NCBI GenBank assembly: GCA_965204735.1
Contig: OZ242008.1
Location: forward strand, 4,032,001 to 4,096,000
Origin: Longimicrobiales bacterium
GTDB lineage: Bacteria > Gemmatimonadota > Gemmatimonadetes > Longimicrobiales > Gaopeijiaceae
Direction of reading: 5' to 3'
DNA: 64,000 nucleotides
Position numbers and translations under genes: made by a program. The first letter of the stretch is position 1; every line of letters starts with the position of its first letter. The notes beneath the pieces are model-generated. The model searched no databases and was not told the origin of the DNA. It worked only from the letters and a program-made list of their open reading frames with translations. Positions 29,852 through 39,441 of this stretch are shown here, one piece after another.

Positions 29852-31533
29852 TCCGAGAGGCCTTGATCGCAGCCCTGATCGCCGCTCCGGCGTCGGCGAC
29901 GACGCGCGCCCAGGCGCCCTCGGAGACGGGCTGGCCGCGCCACGGCTTCGACGCCGAAGAGACCCGGTACAGCCCCCTCGACCAGATTCGCGCCGACAAC
30001 GTGCACCGCCTGAAGGCGGCGTGGAGCTGGGAAATCCCCAAGCCGGGCGAGCGGGTCGAGACCACGCCGCTGGTCGTCGACGGCGTGCTCTACGGCACCG
30101 GCCCGTGGAGCTACGTCTTCGCGCTGGACGCGGCAACGGGCAAGACGCTCTGGACCTGGGACCCGGGGATCCCCACCAGGGACGAGGGCGGACCGAGGAC
30201 GTGCTGCGGAGACGTGAACCGAGGAGCGGCAATCAGCGGCGACCGCCTCTTCGTAGGGCTGCTGGACGGGCGCTTGGCCGCGCTGGACCGGGCCGACGGC
30301 TCGCTTCTGTGGATCGCCCGGACCACGCCGGCCGGGTCCGACTACTCGATCACCGGCGCCCCCCGCGTCGTGGGCGACAAGGTCGTCGTAGGCAACGCCG
30401 GCGCCGAGTTCGGCGTGCGCGGCTACGTCGGCGCCTACGAGGCGGAGACGGGCCTCCCGGCGTGGCGCACCTACACCGTCCCCGGCAATCCGGCCCTGGG
30501 CCACGAGGACGAGTCAATGGCGGAAGCGGCCAAGACGTGGACGGGCGAGTGGTGGAGGGCCGGCGGCGGGGGAACCGTCTGGGACGGCGTCGCCCACGAC
30601 GAAGAGGCCGGGCTCGTCTACGTGGGGACCGGCAACGGATCGCCCTGGAGCCGGGATCATCGCAGCCCCGATGGGGGCGACAACCTCTACCTGTCGTCGA
30701 TCCTCGCCCTGGACGCCGAGGACGGGAAGATCGTCTGGCACTACCAGACCACTCCCGGCGACGACTGGGACTACACGGCGACCCAGCACCTGATGCTCCT
30801 GGACATCGAGCTGGACGGGAAGCTCCGCAGGACGATCGTGCAGGCCCCCAAGAACGGCTTCTTCTATGTGCTGGACAGGATCACCGGCGAACTGCTCTCG
30901 GCCGAACCCTTCGCCGACGACTTGACCTGGGCGACGCGGGTCGACATGACCACGGGCCGCCCGGTCGAAACGCCCGCCGCGCGCTACGGGCGCTCGGCCA
31001 GGGGCGCCTACCTCGCGCCGGGCACGATGGGCGCCCACAACTGGCAGTCCATGTCGTGGAACCCGTCCACCGGGCTTGTGTACGTGCCGGCCCAGAACAA
31101 CTACCACTACTACAAGAAGGCGCGCAGCTTCCGCTATCGGCCTCGACGCTGGAACACCGGAACCGAATCGGGCGTCCGACTCCTCCGGCCGCCCCGCCCG
31201 GAGCCCCGGGGTCCGTCGCGACTCCTCCTTGCCTGGGATCCCGCCGCAAACCGCGAGGCTTGGCGGCTTCCGGGAGAAGGCGGCCACGGCGGCACGGCGT
31301 CGACCGCCGGAAACTTGGTCTTCTGGACGATCGGCGGTCTCCTGATCGCCGTGAACGCGGGCAGCGGCGAGAAGCTGTGGTCTTTTGATGTCGGACGGGA
31401 CGCGGGCGCGCCCGTGACGTACATGGTCGCCGGTCGCCAGTACGTGGCCACGGCCAGCGGACATTGGGCGAGCGACCAGCCGTCCCGAGTTTGGGCCTTT
31501 GCACTCGGCGCGGACGGCGGCGGACCTCGATGA
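29848..31533 (+). CDS. PQQ-dependent alcohol/aldehyde dehydrogenase without cytochrome c domain
   Basis: RYSPLDQI, vicinal CC (TCCGDVNRG), GAEFGVRG, WDYTATQ, GAHNW. Confidence 0.9.
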   Translation: MIREALIAALIAAPASATTRAQAPSETGWPRHGFDAEETRYSPLDQIRADNVHRLKAAWSWEIPKPGERVETTPLVVDGVLYGTGPWSYVFALDAATGKTLWTWDPGIPTRDEGGPRTCCGDVNRGAAISGDRLFVGLLDGRLAALDRADGSLLWIARTTPAGSDYSITGAPRVVGDKVVVGNAGAEFGVRGYVGAYEAETGLPAWRTYTVPGNPALGHEDESMAEAAKTWTGEWWRAGGGGTVWDGVAHDEEAGLVYVGTGNGSPWSRDHRSPDGGDNLYLSSILALDAEDGKIVWHYQTTPGDDWDYTATQHLMLLDIELDGKLRRTIVQAPKNGFFYVLDRITGELLSAEPFADDLTWATRVDMTTGRPVETPAARYGRSARGAYLAPGTMGAHNWQSMSWNPSTGLVYVPAQNNYHYYKKARSFRYRPRRWNTGTESGVRLLRPPRPEPRGPSRLLLAWDPAANREAWRLPGEGGHGGTASTAGNLVFWTIGGLLIAVNAGSGEKLWSFDVGRDAGAPVTYMVAGRQYVATASGHWASDQPSRVWAFALGADGGGPR

Positions 31534-33236
31534 GCAACGGGACGGCCAGTCGTTGCGAGGCCGCCGTCTTCGTCGCTGTGGTCGCCGCGGGCGTCGGACT
31601 CGCCGCCGCAAGGCTGGACGACCCGCTGCGGGGAGACGAGGCCGTCACCGCGGCGGGGTACGCCTTCGAGTCCTTCGGGTTCGCGGCGACCAAGATCGAT
31701 CGGCTGAACAACCACGTCTTCCACACCCTCTTGGTATGGGTCGCCGACCGGGCGGCCGGCCCCAGCATCGCGGCGCTGCGGATACCCGCCTTCCTGGCTT
31801 GGTGCCTCCTTCTTCCCGCGGTGTGGTGGTTCGTGCGAGGGGAATCCGGCTGGCTCGTCGCGGCGTTCGCGACCACGTTCGTGGCCACGTCCAGGTTTCT
31901 CTTGGAGCACGCCGCCGTCGCCAGGGGCTACACGATCGTCCTGCTGCTCTTCGTGCTGGCGCTGCGGGCCGGGCGGGGGCTGCTGCGCGCGCCCGACAAC
32001 CACCTGCTCTGGGCAGCCTGGGCCGGCGTGCTCTCGCTGGGCTTCTTCACCGTGCGCCTGATGGTGTTTCCCGCGGCGATCGTGGCGGCATGGATGCTGT
32101 TGACGCGATGGCAGGAGCGCGGGACCGCCGGCCTGGGGTCGTTTGCGGCCAGAACGGGCGCTTGGTCGGCGGTCGCCCTCGCCGCAGGGCTGGCGCTCTA
32201 CTTGCCGGCCATGGCGTCCGAAGGTCCCGGCGCTTTCTTCGCCCACCACTCCTTCGACGAACACGCAGTCGGCCGAAACGCGCCCGTCCTCTACGTGCAG
32301 AGGCACCTCTGGCAGCAGTGGCACGTGGCCACGCCGCACTGGGCGCAGGCGATCCTTGTCGCCTTGGTGCTGACAGGAGCGGCCGCGCGTTCCCGCGCCG
32401 GCCGCCGACCGAGCGCCCCGAAGCCGACGAGGCCCGGGGGAATCCTCTTGTCGGCGACGTACGTCGGCACGATGGCCGTGCTGCTGGCGTTCCCGGTGTC
32501 GCTGCAAGGGCGGTTCGCGGTCTGGGCCCTCCTCGCCCTCCTGCTCGTTGCCGGCCACGGCGCCGCGTCCGTCGTGGACGCCCTGCGCGTCGGGCTGGCC
32601 GGCAGACGCGGGGCTGTCGCGAGAGCGCCTTCGCTGCGCGCAAGCGTCGCGCAGGGGGGCGCGGTCGTTCTGGTTCTTCTCGCCTTCGCGTCGGTGGCCG
32701 GCCTCGCCGTGCCGGCCGGCCCCGCGCCGGTGTGGCCGCTTCGCAGCTTTCCGGCGGCGCCGAAGATTGCCCAGTCGTTGGCGGGAGAGCTGCGGTCGGG
32801 CGACTGCCTGGCCTTGCCCCTGAACGCCGACATCTTGCAGTGGTACGTGATGGCGGAGACGAGCCGGGTGTACCTAAGGGCCGACGGAGTCGAGGTGTCC
32901 GCGTCGCCCCGAAGCTGTCCGCCGTTCGGCGGCGAGGCGTCGCGGTCGTGCGAGTCCTTCGAGCCGGGCTGGTCTTGGTCGCGCGGAGGCCTTGTCACGA
33001 AGTGCCAGTGGCTGACTCGGCAGGTCGTGGCCGCCTCCGCGCCACCGCCCACGTCCCGCCGACCGCAAGCGGGGGCCCTCGTCGTGCTCGATGCGGGCTT
33101 CAGGTCCAGGGACCGCAACAAGGTGGGCGACTTGGGGGTTCGGGGGTACCTGGAGACGAGCGGCCTGCGCCACTACGAAGTCGTGGTGGACCTTGCCGGC
33201 GGGCGCGCCTATCGACTCCCGGAGTGGACGCACTGA
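31530..33236 (+). CDS. GT-C fold membrane glycosyltransferase (GT39/GT83-like), paralogue 1
   Basis: GDEA, NNHVFHTLL, LRIPA, ARGY; many TM segments. Confidence 0.75.
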   Translation: MSNGTASRCEAAVFVAVVAAGVGLAAARLDDPLRGDEAVTAAGYAFESFGFAATKIDRLNNHVFHTLLVWVADRAAGPSIAALRIPAFLAWCLLLPAVWWFVRGESGWLVAAFATTFVATSRFLLEHAAVARGYTIVLLLFVLALRAGRGLLRAPDNHLLWAAWAGVLSLGFFTVRLMVFPAAIVAAWMLLTRWQERGTAGLGSFAARTGAWSAVALAAGLALYLPAMASEGPGAFFAHHSFDEHAVGRNAPVLYVQRHLWQQWHVATPHWAQAILVALVLTGAAARSRAGRRPSAPKPTRPGGILLSATYVGTMAVLLAFPVSLQGRFAVWALLALLLVAGHGAASVVDALRVGLAGRRGAVARAPSLRASVAQGGAVVLVLLAFASVAGLAVPAGPAPVWPLRSFPAAPKIAQSLAGELRSGDCLALPLNADILQWYVMAETSRVYLRADGVEVSASPRSCPPFGGEASRSCESFEPGWSWSRGGLVTKCQWLTRQVVAASAPPPTSRRPQAGALVVLDAGFRSRDRNKVGDLGVRGYLETSGLRHYEVVVDLAGGRAYRLPEWTH

Positions 33237-34954
33237 GTCTCGGTCGGCGCGCGCCGGCCAAGTCGAGCGCGGCGCTCGGCCGTCGAGAGGCCCTGTGCTG
33301 GGAGGGAGCGCTCTTCGCGGTCGTCGCGTCGACGGGCGCCGTTCTTGCCGGCGCCAAGCTCGCCGACCCCCTGGGAGTGGACGAGGCGTGGACGGCGGGA
33401 CAGTACGTCCTCGAATCTCTTTGGACCGCCCTTGCGAAGTACGACGAGCCCAACAACCACGTGCTGCACACGCTGTTGGCGTGGGGGTCGCATCGGACGG
33501 CCGGGCCGAGCGTCGTCGCGCTTCGGCTGCCGGCGTTTCTCAGCTGGTGCCTTCTCCTTCCGGCGGTGTGGTGGTTCGTCCGACAAGAAGCCGGCTGGCT
33601 GGCGGCGGCGTTCGCGACGACCTTGACTGCCACGTCGCGGTACTTGATGGAGTACGGATCGAGCGCCCGCGGGTACGCCCAGCTTCTGCTGTTGTTCGTG
33701 GCGGCGCTCCTCTTGGGCCGGAGCCTGGTCGCGGCGCCGCGGAACCACGGACGCTGGGCGTTTTGGGCCCTTGCGGTGGCACTGGGCATCTTCACCGTGC
33801 CCGTCATGGCGTTTCCCGCCGCCATCGTCGTCGCTTGGATGCTGCTGACGCGACGGCAGAGGCATGGCGCGCGCGGGACGGTCTCGTTTGCGGCCAGAAC
33901 CGCCGCTTGGTCGGGAGCGGCCGTCGTCGTCGGGCTGGGACTCTACCTGCCGGCCGTCGCGTCGGAGGGAGCGCAGGCTCTCTTCGGCAACGAGTTCGTG
34001 GAAACCGTGCCCCAAGCGCCGATGCTGTACGTCCAGAGACACCTCTGGCCGCGATGGCACCAGAGCATTCCGGTCTGGGGACAGGCCGTTCTGCTGGCGC
34101 TCGTGGCCGTCGGCGCGGTTGCGGCCCGCCCGTCGACGGGAGACGGCCCGGCGCCGCGTCGACGGCCCGGCGGGCGCCTTCTGCTTGCCGCGGGATCGGG
34201 CTCGGCCGCCGTCATGCTGGCGTGGCCGGTGGTTCTCTCCGCCCGGGCCGGGATATGGCTGCTGCTCTGCCTCCTGATCGTCGCCGGAACAGGTGCCGCG
34301 TCGGTCGTGGAGAAAGCGCTGGGCGGCGTGAGCGAACGGGCTGGGAGAGCGGCGCGCGCCGCGGTCGTCCTGCTCTTTCTGGGCGTGTTCGCTTGGCTGT
34401 CCACCCTGCCCGTGCCGAGAGGCGTCTTCCCGCAATGGGACCCCATGCGCTTCCCCGAGACCCCCGCGATGGTCGAAGCAGTCGCCGCCGACGTGCGGTC
34501 GGGGGACTGCATAGCCGTTTCGATGAACGCCGACATAGGGTTCTCGTACATCAACGCCCTGGCCGTCAGGACCTACTTCAAGGCCGCCGGGGTTCGTCTG
34601 TCCAAGAACTACGAAGCGCTGGCCGCGCGCAAGACGAGAACGCCGGCGTACTTCAAGGCCGCTGCGAGACGCGACCTGCGCCGTCGTCCAACCAGCTGCC
34701 CGCCGTTTGCGGCGACGAGCCTCGATTGGATCACGAGCCCGGCGTCCGGCACGTGGCGGGCGTCGCCCGGCCCGCCGGGCAAGGCCGCGGGACAACGCCT
34801 CTTCGTGCTTGACGCCGGCTTTCGGCCGAGGGAGCGGAACCGAGTAGGCGACAGGGAAGTGCGCACGTGGCTGGAAGAGAGCCGCCTCGGGTTCGAGGTT
34901 GCCGCCGACTTCTCCGGCGGTCGCGTCTACCGACTTCGGAAGTGGGCGCAGTGA
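33224..34954 (+). CDS. GT-C fold membrane glycosyltransferase, paralogue 2
   Basis: VDEAWT, PNNHVLHTLL, LRLPA, ARGY; C-terminal part of ORF 31499..34954. Confidence 0.75.
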   Translation: MDALSLGRRAPAKSSAALGRREALCWEGALFAVVASTGAVLAGAKLADPLGVDEAWTAGQYVLESLWTALAKYDEPNNHVLHTLLAWGSHRTAGPSVVALRLPAFLSWCLLLPAVWWFVRQEAGWLAAAFATTLTATSRYLMEYGSSARGYAQLLLLFVAALLLGRSLVAAPRNHGRWAFWALAVALGIFTVPVMAFPAAIVVAWMLLTRRQRHGARGTVSFAARTAAWSGAAVVVGLGLYLPAVASEGAQALFGNEFVETVPQAPMLYVQRHLWPRWHQSIPVWGQAVLLALVAVGAVAARPSTGDGPAPRRRPGGRLLLAAGSGSAAVMLAWPVVLSARAGIWLLLCLLIVAGTGAASVVEKALGGVSERAGRAARAAVVLLFLGVFAWLSTLPVPRGVFPQWDPMRFPETPAMVEAVAADVRSGDCIAVSMNADIGFSYINALAVRTYFKAAGVRLSKNYEALAARKTRTPAYFKAAARRDLRRRPTSCPPFAATSLDWITSPASGTWRASPGPPGKAAGQRLFVLDAGFRPRERNRVGDREVRTWLEESRLGFEVAADFSGGRVYRLRKWAQ

Positions 34955-36237
34955 GCGACGGGAGACGAAGTCCTTGGGGCGCCGACGCGCGCGCGTCCGT
35001 CCGAGCGTCGCTGCGGGTCGTCGCGTGGAACGTCCTCCTGCTCGCTGGCGGAGTCGGGACGGCGGCCGCCGCCGGCGAACTCTGGTTGCGGCACCGGGGT
35101 CCGTTCATGACGATCAGCCTGCCCGTCGAGTACGTTCCGAACGTCGGCTACCTCAGGAAGCCGAACACGGAAATGCGCTACACCAATCGGCAGGACTTCT
35201 GGACCGTCGCACGCACCAACGCCCTCGGCTTCGTGGATCGAGAACCCCCGAGCCCCGAGCAAGCCGCGGCCAGCTGCCACGTCGCAGTGATCGGCGACTC
35301 CTTCGTGGAAGCGAACGAGGTTCCGATCGACGCCAAGTTCCATGTCGTGCTCGAGCGGCTGGCGGCAAGCGCGCTGCCTGCTCTGAAGATCACGACTGCG
35401 GCCTACGGGCGAGCCGACACGGGCCAGATGCAGCAGCTGCCGTACTACGACGAATTTGCGCGGCGGCTGCGTCCCAAGCTGCTGGTCTTGGTCTTTGTCG
35501 ACAACGACTTCGTGGACAACGCTCCGGTGTTGCGGGCGCTGGCCGCCGGCCTGGGAGAGAGAGGCTGGGATCCGGAACACCTTCCGGGTGCAAGCGCGGA
35601 GCGGCGCCCCGACGGCACGATGGTTGTGCGCCCTCCGGACCCCGAGCACGAGAAGTTCAGGCTGGCCCGATCCTCCGGTTCCAGGCTGACCCGTGGCGTG
35701 GCCGCCGTCGGCGAAGCTTCGTGGCTAGTGCTGTACCTGCGCGCCAAGGGCTTTCGCCGACTGCTGCGCTTTGATCCGGGGGAAGACTTCCGGAGCTGGG
35801 TGGACGAGCTTCGGCAGCGACCTCGCTACGCTGCGCTGCTCGGGGAGTGGCGCCCGACCAGCTCCCGAGAGCTTGCGCCCACCTTCGGGCAGAGCGAGCT
35901 GCCGCCCGTCTTCGAGGACGCCCTGGAGTACACCGCCTTTGCTCTGGGCGAGTTCAAGGCGCGCGCCGACCGAGACGGCGCGGCGGTCGTCGTTCTGGCG
36001 TCGCACCGGATCAAGAGCTTTGGATCCAGCATGTTCGACAGGACGAGCGAGGTTGCCGCGTCGCTGGGGATCCCCGTCGTCGATCAAGCCGACTACATCG
36101 TTCGCCAGGGGGCGCGGCTCGAGGACGCCCGATGGCCGCGGGACGCCCATTGGAACGTGGACGGCCACCGCTGGGCGGCGGAGGCCTTGCTCGAGTACTT
36201 GACCCAGCACCAGTATCTCTGCGCGCTGGCTGACTGA
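34951..36237 (+). CDS. Membrane-anchored SGNH/GDSL-like hydrolase or acyltransferase, paralogue 1
   Basis: IGDSF, NDF, DAHWN. Confidence 0.8.
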   Translation: MSDGRRSPWGADARASVRASLRVVAWNVLLLAGGVGTAAAAGELWLRHRGPFMTISLPVEYVPNVGYLRKPNTEMRYTNRQDFWTVARTNALGFVDREPPSPEQAAASCHVAVIGDSFVEANEVPIDAKFHVVLERLAASALPALKITTAAYGRADTGQMQQLPYYDEFARRLRPKLLVLVFVDNDFVDNAPVLRALAAGLGERGWDPEHLPGASAERRPDGTMVVRPPDPEHEKFRLARSSGSRLTRGVAAVGEASWLVLYLRAKGFRRLLRFDPGEDFRSWVDELRQRPRYAALLGEWRPTSSRELAPTFGQSELPPVFEDALEYTAFALGEFKARADRDGAAVVVLASHRIKSFGSSMFDRTSEVAASLGIPVVDQADYIVRQGARLEDARWPRDAHWNVDGHRWAAEALLEYLTQHQYLCALAD

Positions 36238-36251
36238 ATTCGGCCCCGCTG

Positions 36252-37565
36252 ATGGACCCTGCTCACCTCAGGCGAACCATGGGCAACGGAGGCGGCATCG
36301 TTGCGTCGCGGAAGATGAGAGCCCCCTCCCGAGCGCTGTTGCGGGTCGTGGCGTGGAACGCTTTCTGGCTCGTTGCGGGAGCTGGGACGGCAGCTGGCGC
36401 CGCCGAACTCTGGCTCCGCGCCAGAGCGCCGTTCATGACGAGCAGCCTGCCCGTCGAGTACGTTCCCAACGTCGGCTACCTCAGGAAGCCGAACACGGAA
36501 ATGCGCCACACCAATCTGCAGGACTTCTGGACCGTCGCGCACACCAACGCCCTCGGCTTCTTGGATCGAGAACCGCCGAGCCCCGAGCGAGCCGCGCGCG
36601 GCTGCCACGTCGCAGTGTTCGGCGACTCCTACGTAGAAGCGAAAGAGGTTCCGATCGACGCCAAGTTCCACGTCGTGCTCGAGCGGCTGGCGGCAAGCGC
36701 GCTGCCTGCTCTGAAGATCACGACTGCGGCCTACGGGCGATCCGGCACGGGCCAGATCCAGCAGTTGCCGTACTACGACGAGTATGCGCGGCGGCTGCGT
36801 CCCAAGCTGCTGGTCTTGGTCTTTGTCCACAACGACTTCGCGAACAACGCTCCGGTGCTGTGGGCACTGAGGCAAGACTGGGATCCGGAGCACCATCCGG
36901 GTGCAAGCGCGGAGCGGCGCCCCGACGGCACGATGGTTGTGCGCCCTCCGGACCCCGATTACAAGGATTTCATGGCGGTTGGACCTCCGGCCGGTCCGCT
37001 GGCCCGTGGCGCGCTCGCCGTCGGCGAAGCTTCGTGGCTGGTGCTGTACCTGCGCGCCAAGGGCTTTCACCGACTGCTGCGCTTCGATCCGGGGGTCGAC
37101 TTCCGGGGCAGGGTGGAAGAAATCCGCCAGCGGCCTCGCTACGGTGCGCTGCTCAAGGGGTGGTACCCGACCAGCAGGTTCGAAATCGTCCCCACCTTTT
37201 GGACGCTTGGCCCGTCTTCGGCCGAGAGCGAGCTGCCCGCCGTCTTCGAGGACGCCCTGGAGTACACCGCCTTTGCTCTGGGCGAGTTCAAGGCGCGCGC
37301 CGACCGAGACGGCGCGGCAGTCGTCGTTCTGGCGTCGCACCGGATCAAGGCTTCTTGGCCGGGCATGTTCGCCAGGGTGGGCGAGGTCGCCGCGTCGCAG
37401 GGAATCCCTGTCGTCGATCAAGCCGACTACATCGTTCGCCAGGGCGCGCGGCCCGAAGACGCCCATTGGCCGGCGGACGCCCACTGGAACCCGGACGGCC
37501 ACCGCTGGGCGGCGGAGGCCTTGCTCGAGTACTTGGCCCAGCGCCCCCACCTGTGCGACGGCTGA
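36252..37565 (+). CDS. Membrane-anchored SGNH/GDSL-like protein, paralogue 2
   Basis: FGDSY, NDF, DAHWN; long near-identical DNA blocks with paralogue 1. Confidence 0.8.
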   Translation: MDPAHLRRTMGNGGGIVASRKMRAPSRALLRVVAWNAFWLVAGAGTAAGAAELWLRARAPFMTSSLPVEYVPNVGYLRKPNTEMRHTNLQDFWTVAHTNALGFLDREPPSPERAARGCHVAVFGDSYVEAKEVPIDAKFHVVLERLAASALPALKITTAAYGRSGTGQIQQLPYYDEYARRLRPKLLVLVFVHNDFANNAPVLWALRQDWDPEHHPGASAERRPDGTMVVRPPDPDYKDFMAVGPPAGPLARGALAVGEASWLVLYLRAKGFHRLLRFDPGVDFRGRVEEIRQRPRYGALLKGWYPTSRFEIVPTFWTLGPSSAESELPAVFEDALEYTAFALGEFKARADRDGAAVVVLASHRIKASWPGMFARVGEVAASQGIPVVDQADYIVRQGARPEDAHWPADAHWNPDGHRWAAEALLEYLAQRPHLCDG

Positions 37566-37641
37566 CCGAACTCCGAACTCGGCGTGCCCCTCGCGTGCCG
37601 CTCCCGTGCCCGGCAGGGAGCGGCCAACGTTGCCGGAGACC

Positions 37642-39228
37642 CTAGCTGTCGCGCCCGGGTCCCGGTCGCCGTGCTCCCTCGTACACCGCAATGCCCCTGA
37701 AAGAGGCGACGAGCCCGACTTCGTAGCGGCTCAAGACCCTTTGCAGCGCTGGCGGGTAGCTCGGCGACCTGTACTCCGGGGCTGCAAGGATCCACAGTCG
37801 GCCATGCATCTGGGAGCCAAGCCCCTGCACGACTTCGCTCCTCAGTCGAAGCCGCCGTCGTAGGGGCTCCTTGCGGCTCCAAATCCATACGCTTTCGGGC
37901 GACGCCGGCTCCCCACGGGCGTAGCGGCGCCAGTAGGCGTCCATGTAGCTCCAGTCGCCCAGCACCGGGCCCCCGTCCAGCAGAACGTGGTCGTCCTTCC
38001 GCGCGTCCTCGGCCACGTATGCGATCGCTTCCCTCCACTGCACATGCTGCGGCGTTCGACGATGGTGGAGCGCCGCCGGGACAGCGAGCGCCAGAACGCA
38101 GACGCACGCCGCGTGGGCTCCAAGGCGCCGGGGGAACCCCAGGTACACGCCCGAAACGCCGACGAGGACGACCGCCGGCAAGGCGGCTACGAAGTACCGA
38201 GGAACGTAGATGTTCGAATACAGCAGCGAGACTAGCCCCGGCAGCAGCACCGTGGCGGCCGCGTACACGCCCGTGGCGGCGAGATGCAACGAAGTTCGGC
38301 TCCGGCTCCTGGTGCTTCGCGCGCGAACAAGGAACAAAGCCAACAGCGCCAAGAACAGCAAGCCGGACGCGGCGGCAGCGATCCTGGACCACAGCGTGGG
38401 CGGTCCGAAGGCGAGCCACGGGAAGAGCCCAAGAACGTCCAAGACTTCGGGATCGGTCCACAGCTGGTTGGCTCCAGGGTCGTGCATGAAGCGAGTCATC
38501 CGAGAGCTGCCCTTGGCAAAGCGGCTCGCCAGCGGCCATGCCAAGCACAGGACCGCAAGCCAGGTCGTCGCGAACGCCACTCTCCGTCCGCGTCCGAAGA
38601 GCGCTACCACGAGCGCGTGGGCCGACGCCACAAAGACGGCGTACGGGTGAGTGGCGCACGCCGCAAGCAGAACCGCTCCGTAGGCTGCGTACTTTCGGCG
38701 TTGCGCTCCCGTCGCTTCGTCCGAGGTCAGGATGGAAATCAGCAAGCGAAGCGAAGCCAGGGACAGCAGGCAGTAGAGCGCATAGGGCCGAGCTTCCTGG
38801 GCGAAGCGGATCGCGACCGGCGAGAAGATGAAGAACTGACAAGCGAACAACCCCGCCCAAGGCCCTGCCGCATCCCTTGCCATCTTGTACAGCAACGGTA
38901 TGCATGCCGTCATGAAAAGGGCGGACGGCAGGCGAAGAAGCGCATCGCTTGTGCCCGACAGGGTTCCCCAGACCCACACGAGGGAGTAATAAAGCGGGGG
39001 GTGATTGTGGTGCTCTATGGCAGTCGCAACCGCGCGGGACCACCAGCCGTCCGTGAACGTGAAGACGAGGGTGGCCATCTCGTCGAACCAGACCCCGTCC
39101 CGACCGATTCCGACAAGGAAGAACGCCAGCGCCTGAGCGGTGAGGCCGACGACGATCCAGGGCTGCAAGCGACTTGGCGGGACGGCGGCCGGCGGCGACT
39201 GCCGGCGACCAAGGTCCTGGACGTTCAT
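37642..39228 (-). CDS. GT39/PMT_2-family membrane glycosyltransferase
   Basis: WFDEM, HPPLYY, LRLPS, QEARPYAL, PRYF. Confidence 0.85.
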   Translation of the reverse strand: MNVQDLGRRQSPPAAVPPSRLQPWIVVGLTAQALAFFLVGIGRDGVWFDEMATLVFTFTDGWWSRAVATAIEHHNHPPLYYSLVWVWGTLSGTSDALLRLPSALFMTACIPLLYKMARDAAGPWAGLFACQFFIFSPVAIRFAQEARPYALYCLLSLASLRLLISILTSDEATGAQRRKYAAYGAVLLAACATHPYAVFVASAHALVVALFGRGRRVAFATTWLAVLCLAWPLASRFAKGSSRMTRFMHDPGANQLWTDPEVLDVLGLFPWLAFGPPTLWSRIAAAASGLLFLALLALFLVRARSTRSRSRTSLHLAATGVYAAATVLLPGLVSLLYSNIYVPRYFVAALPAVVLVGVSGVYLGFPRRLGAHAACVCVLALAVPAALHHRRTPQHVQWREAIAYVAEDARKDDHVLLDGGPVLGDWSYMDAYWRRYARGEPASPESVWIWSRKEPLRRRLRLRSEVVQGLGSQMHGRLWILAAPEYRSPSYPPALQRVLSRYEVGLVASFRGIAVYEGARRPGPGRDS

Positions 39229-39441
39229 GTCGGCCGAGCGTGGATTGGAGGGACCGGACAGCACCTGCGAGGATAGGAAGGGACGGAGCGGACGGCAACT
39301 CGCGGACGGCGAGGCCGGGACGGCCTTCCCGGTCGGCGCCGACTGGCGGAGCGCGCAGCGACGCCCTTACATTGAACGAAGCGTCGCACCAGCGGCCCCG
39401 CTGGAGGACGCCACGCCAAGCAAGGGAACGGAGGCAGCACG

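Noticed and set aside
30760..30790. Lanthanide-dependent PQQ enzyme
   Set aside because: Motif is WDYT, lacking the extra Asp (WDYD) of XoxF/ExaF/PedH
34951..37565. SGNH pair as DGR template and variable repeats
   Set aside because: Mismatches are not adenine-specific and no reverse transcriptase is in the window
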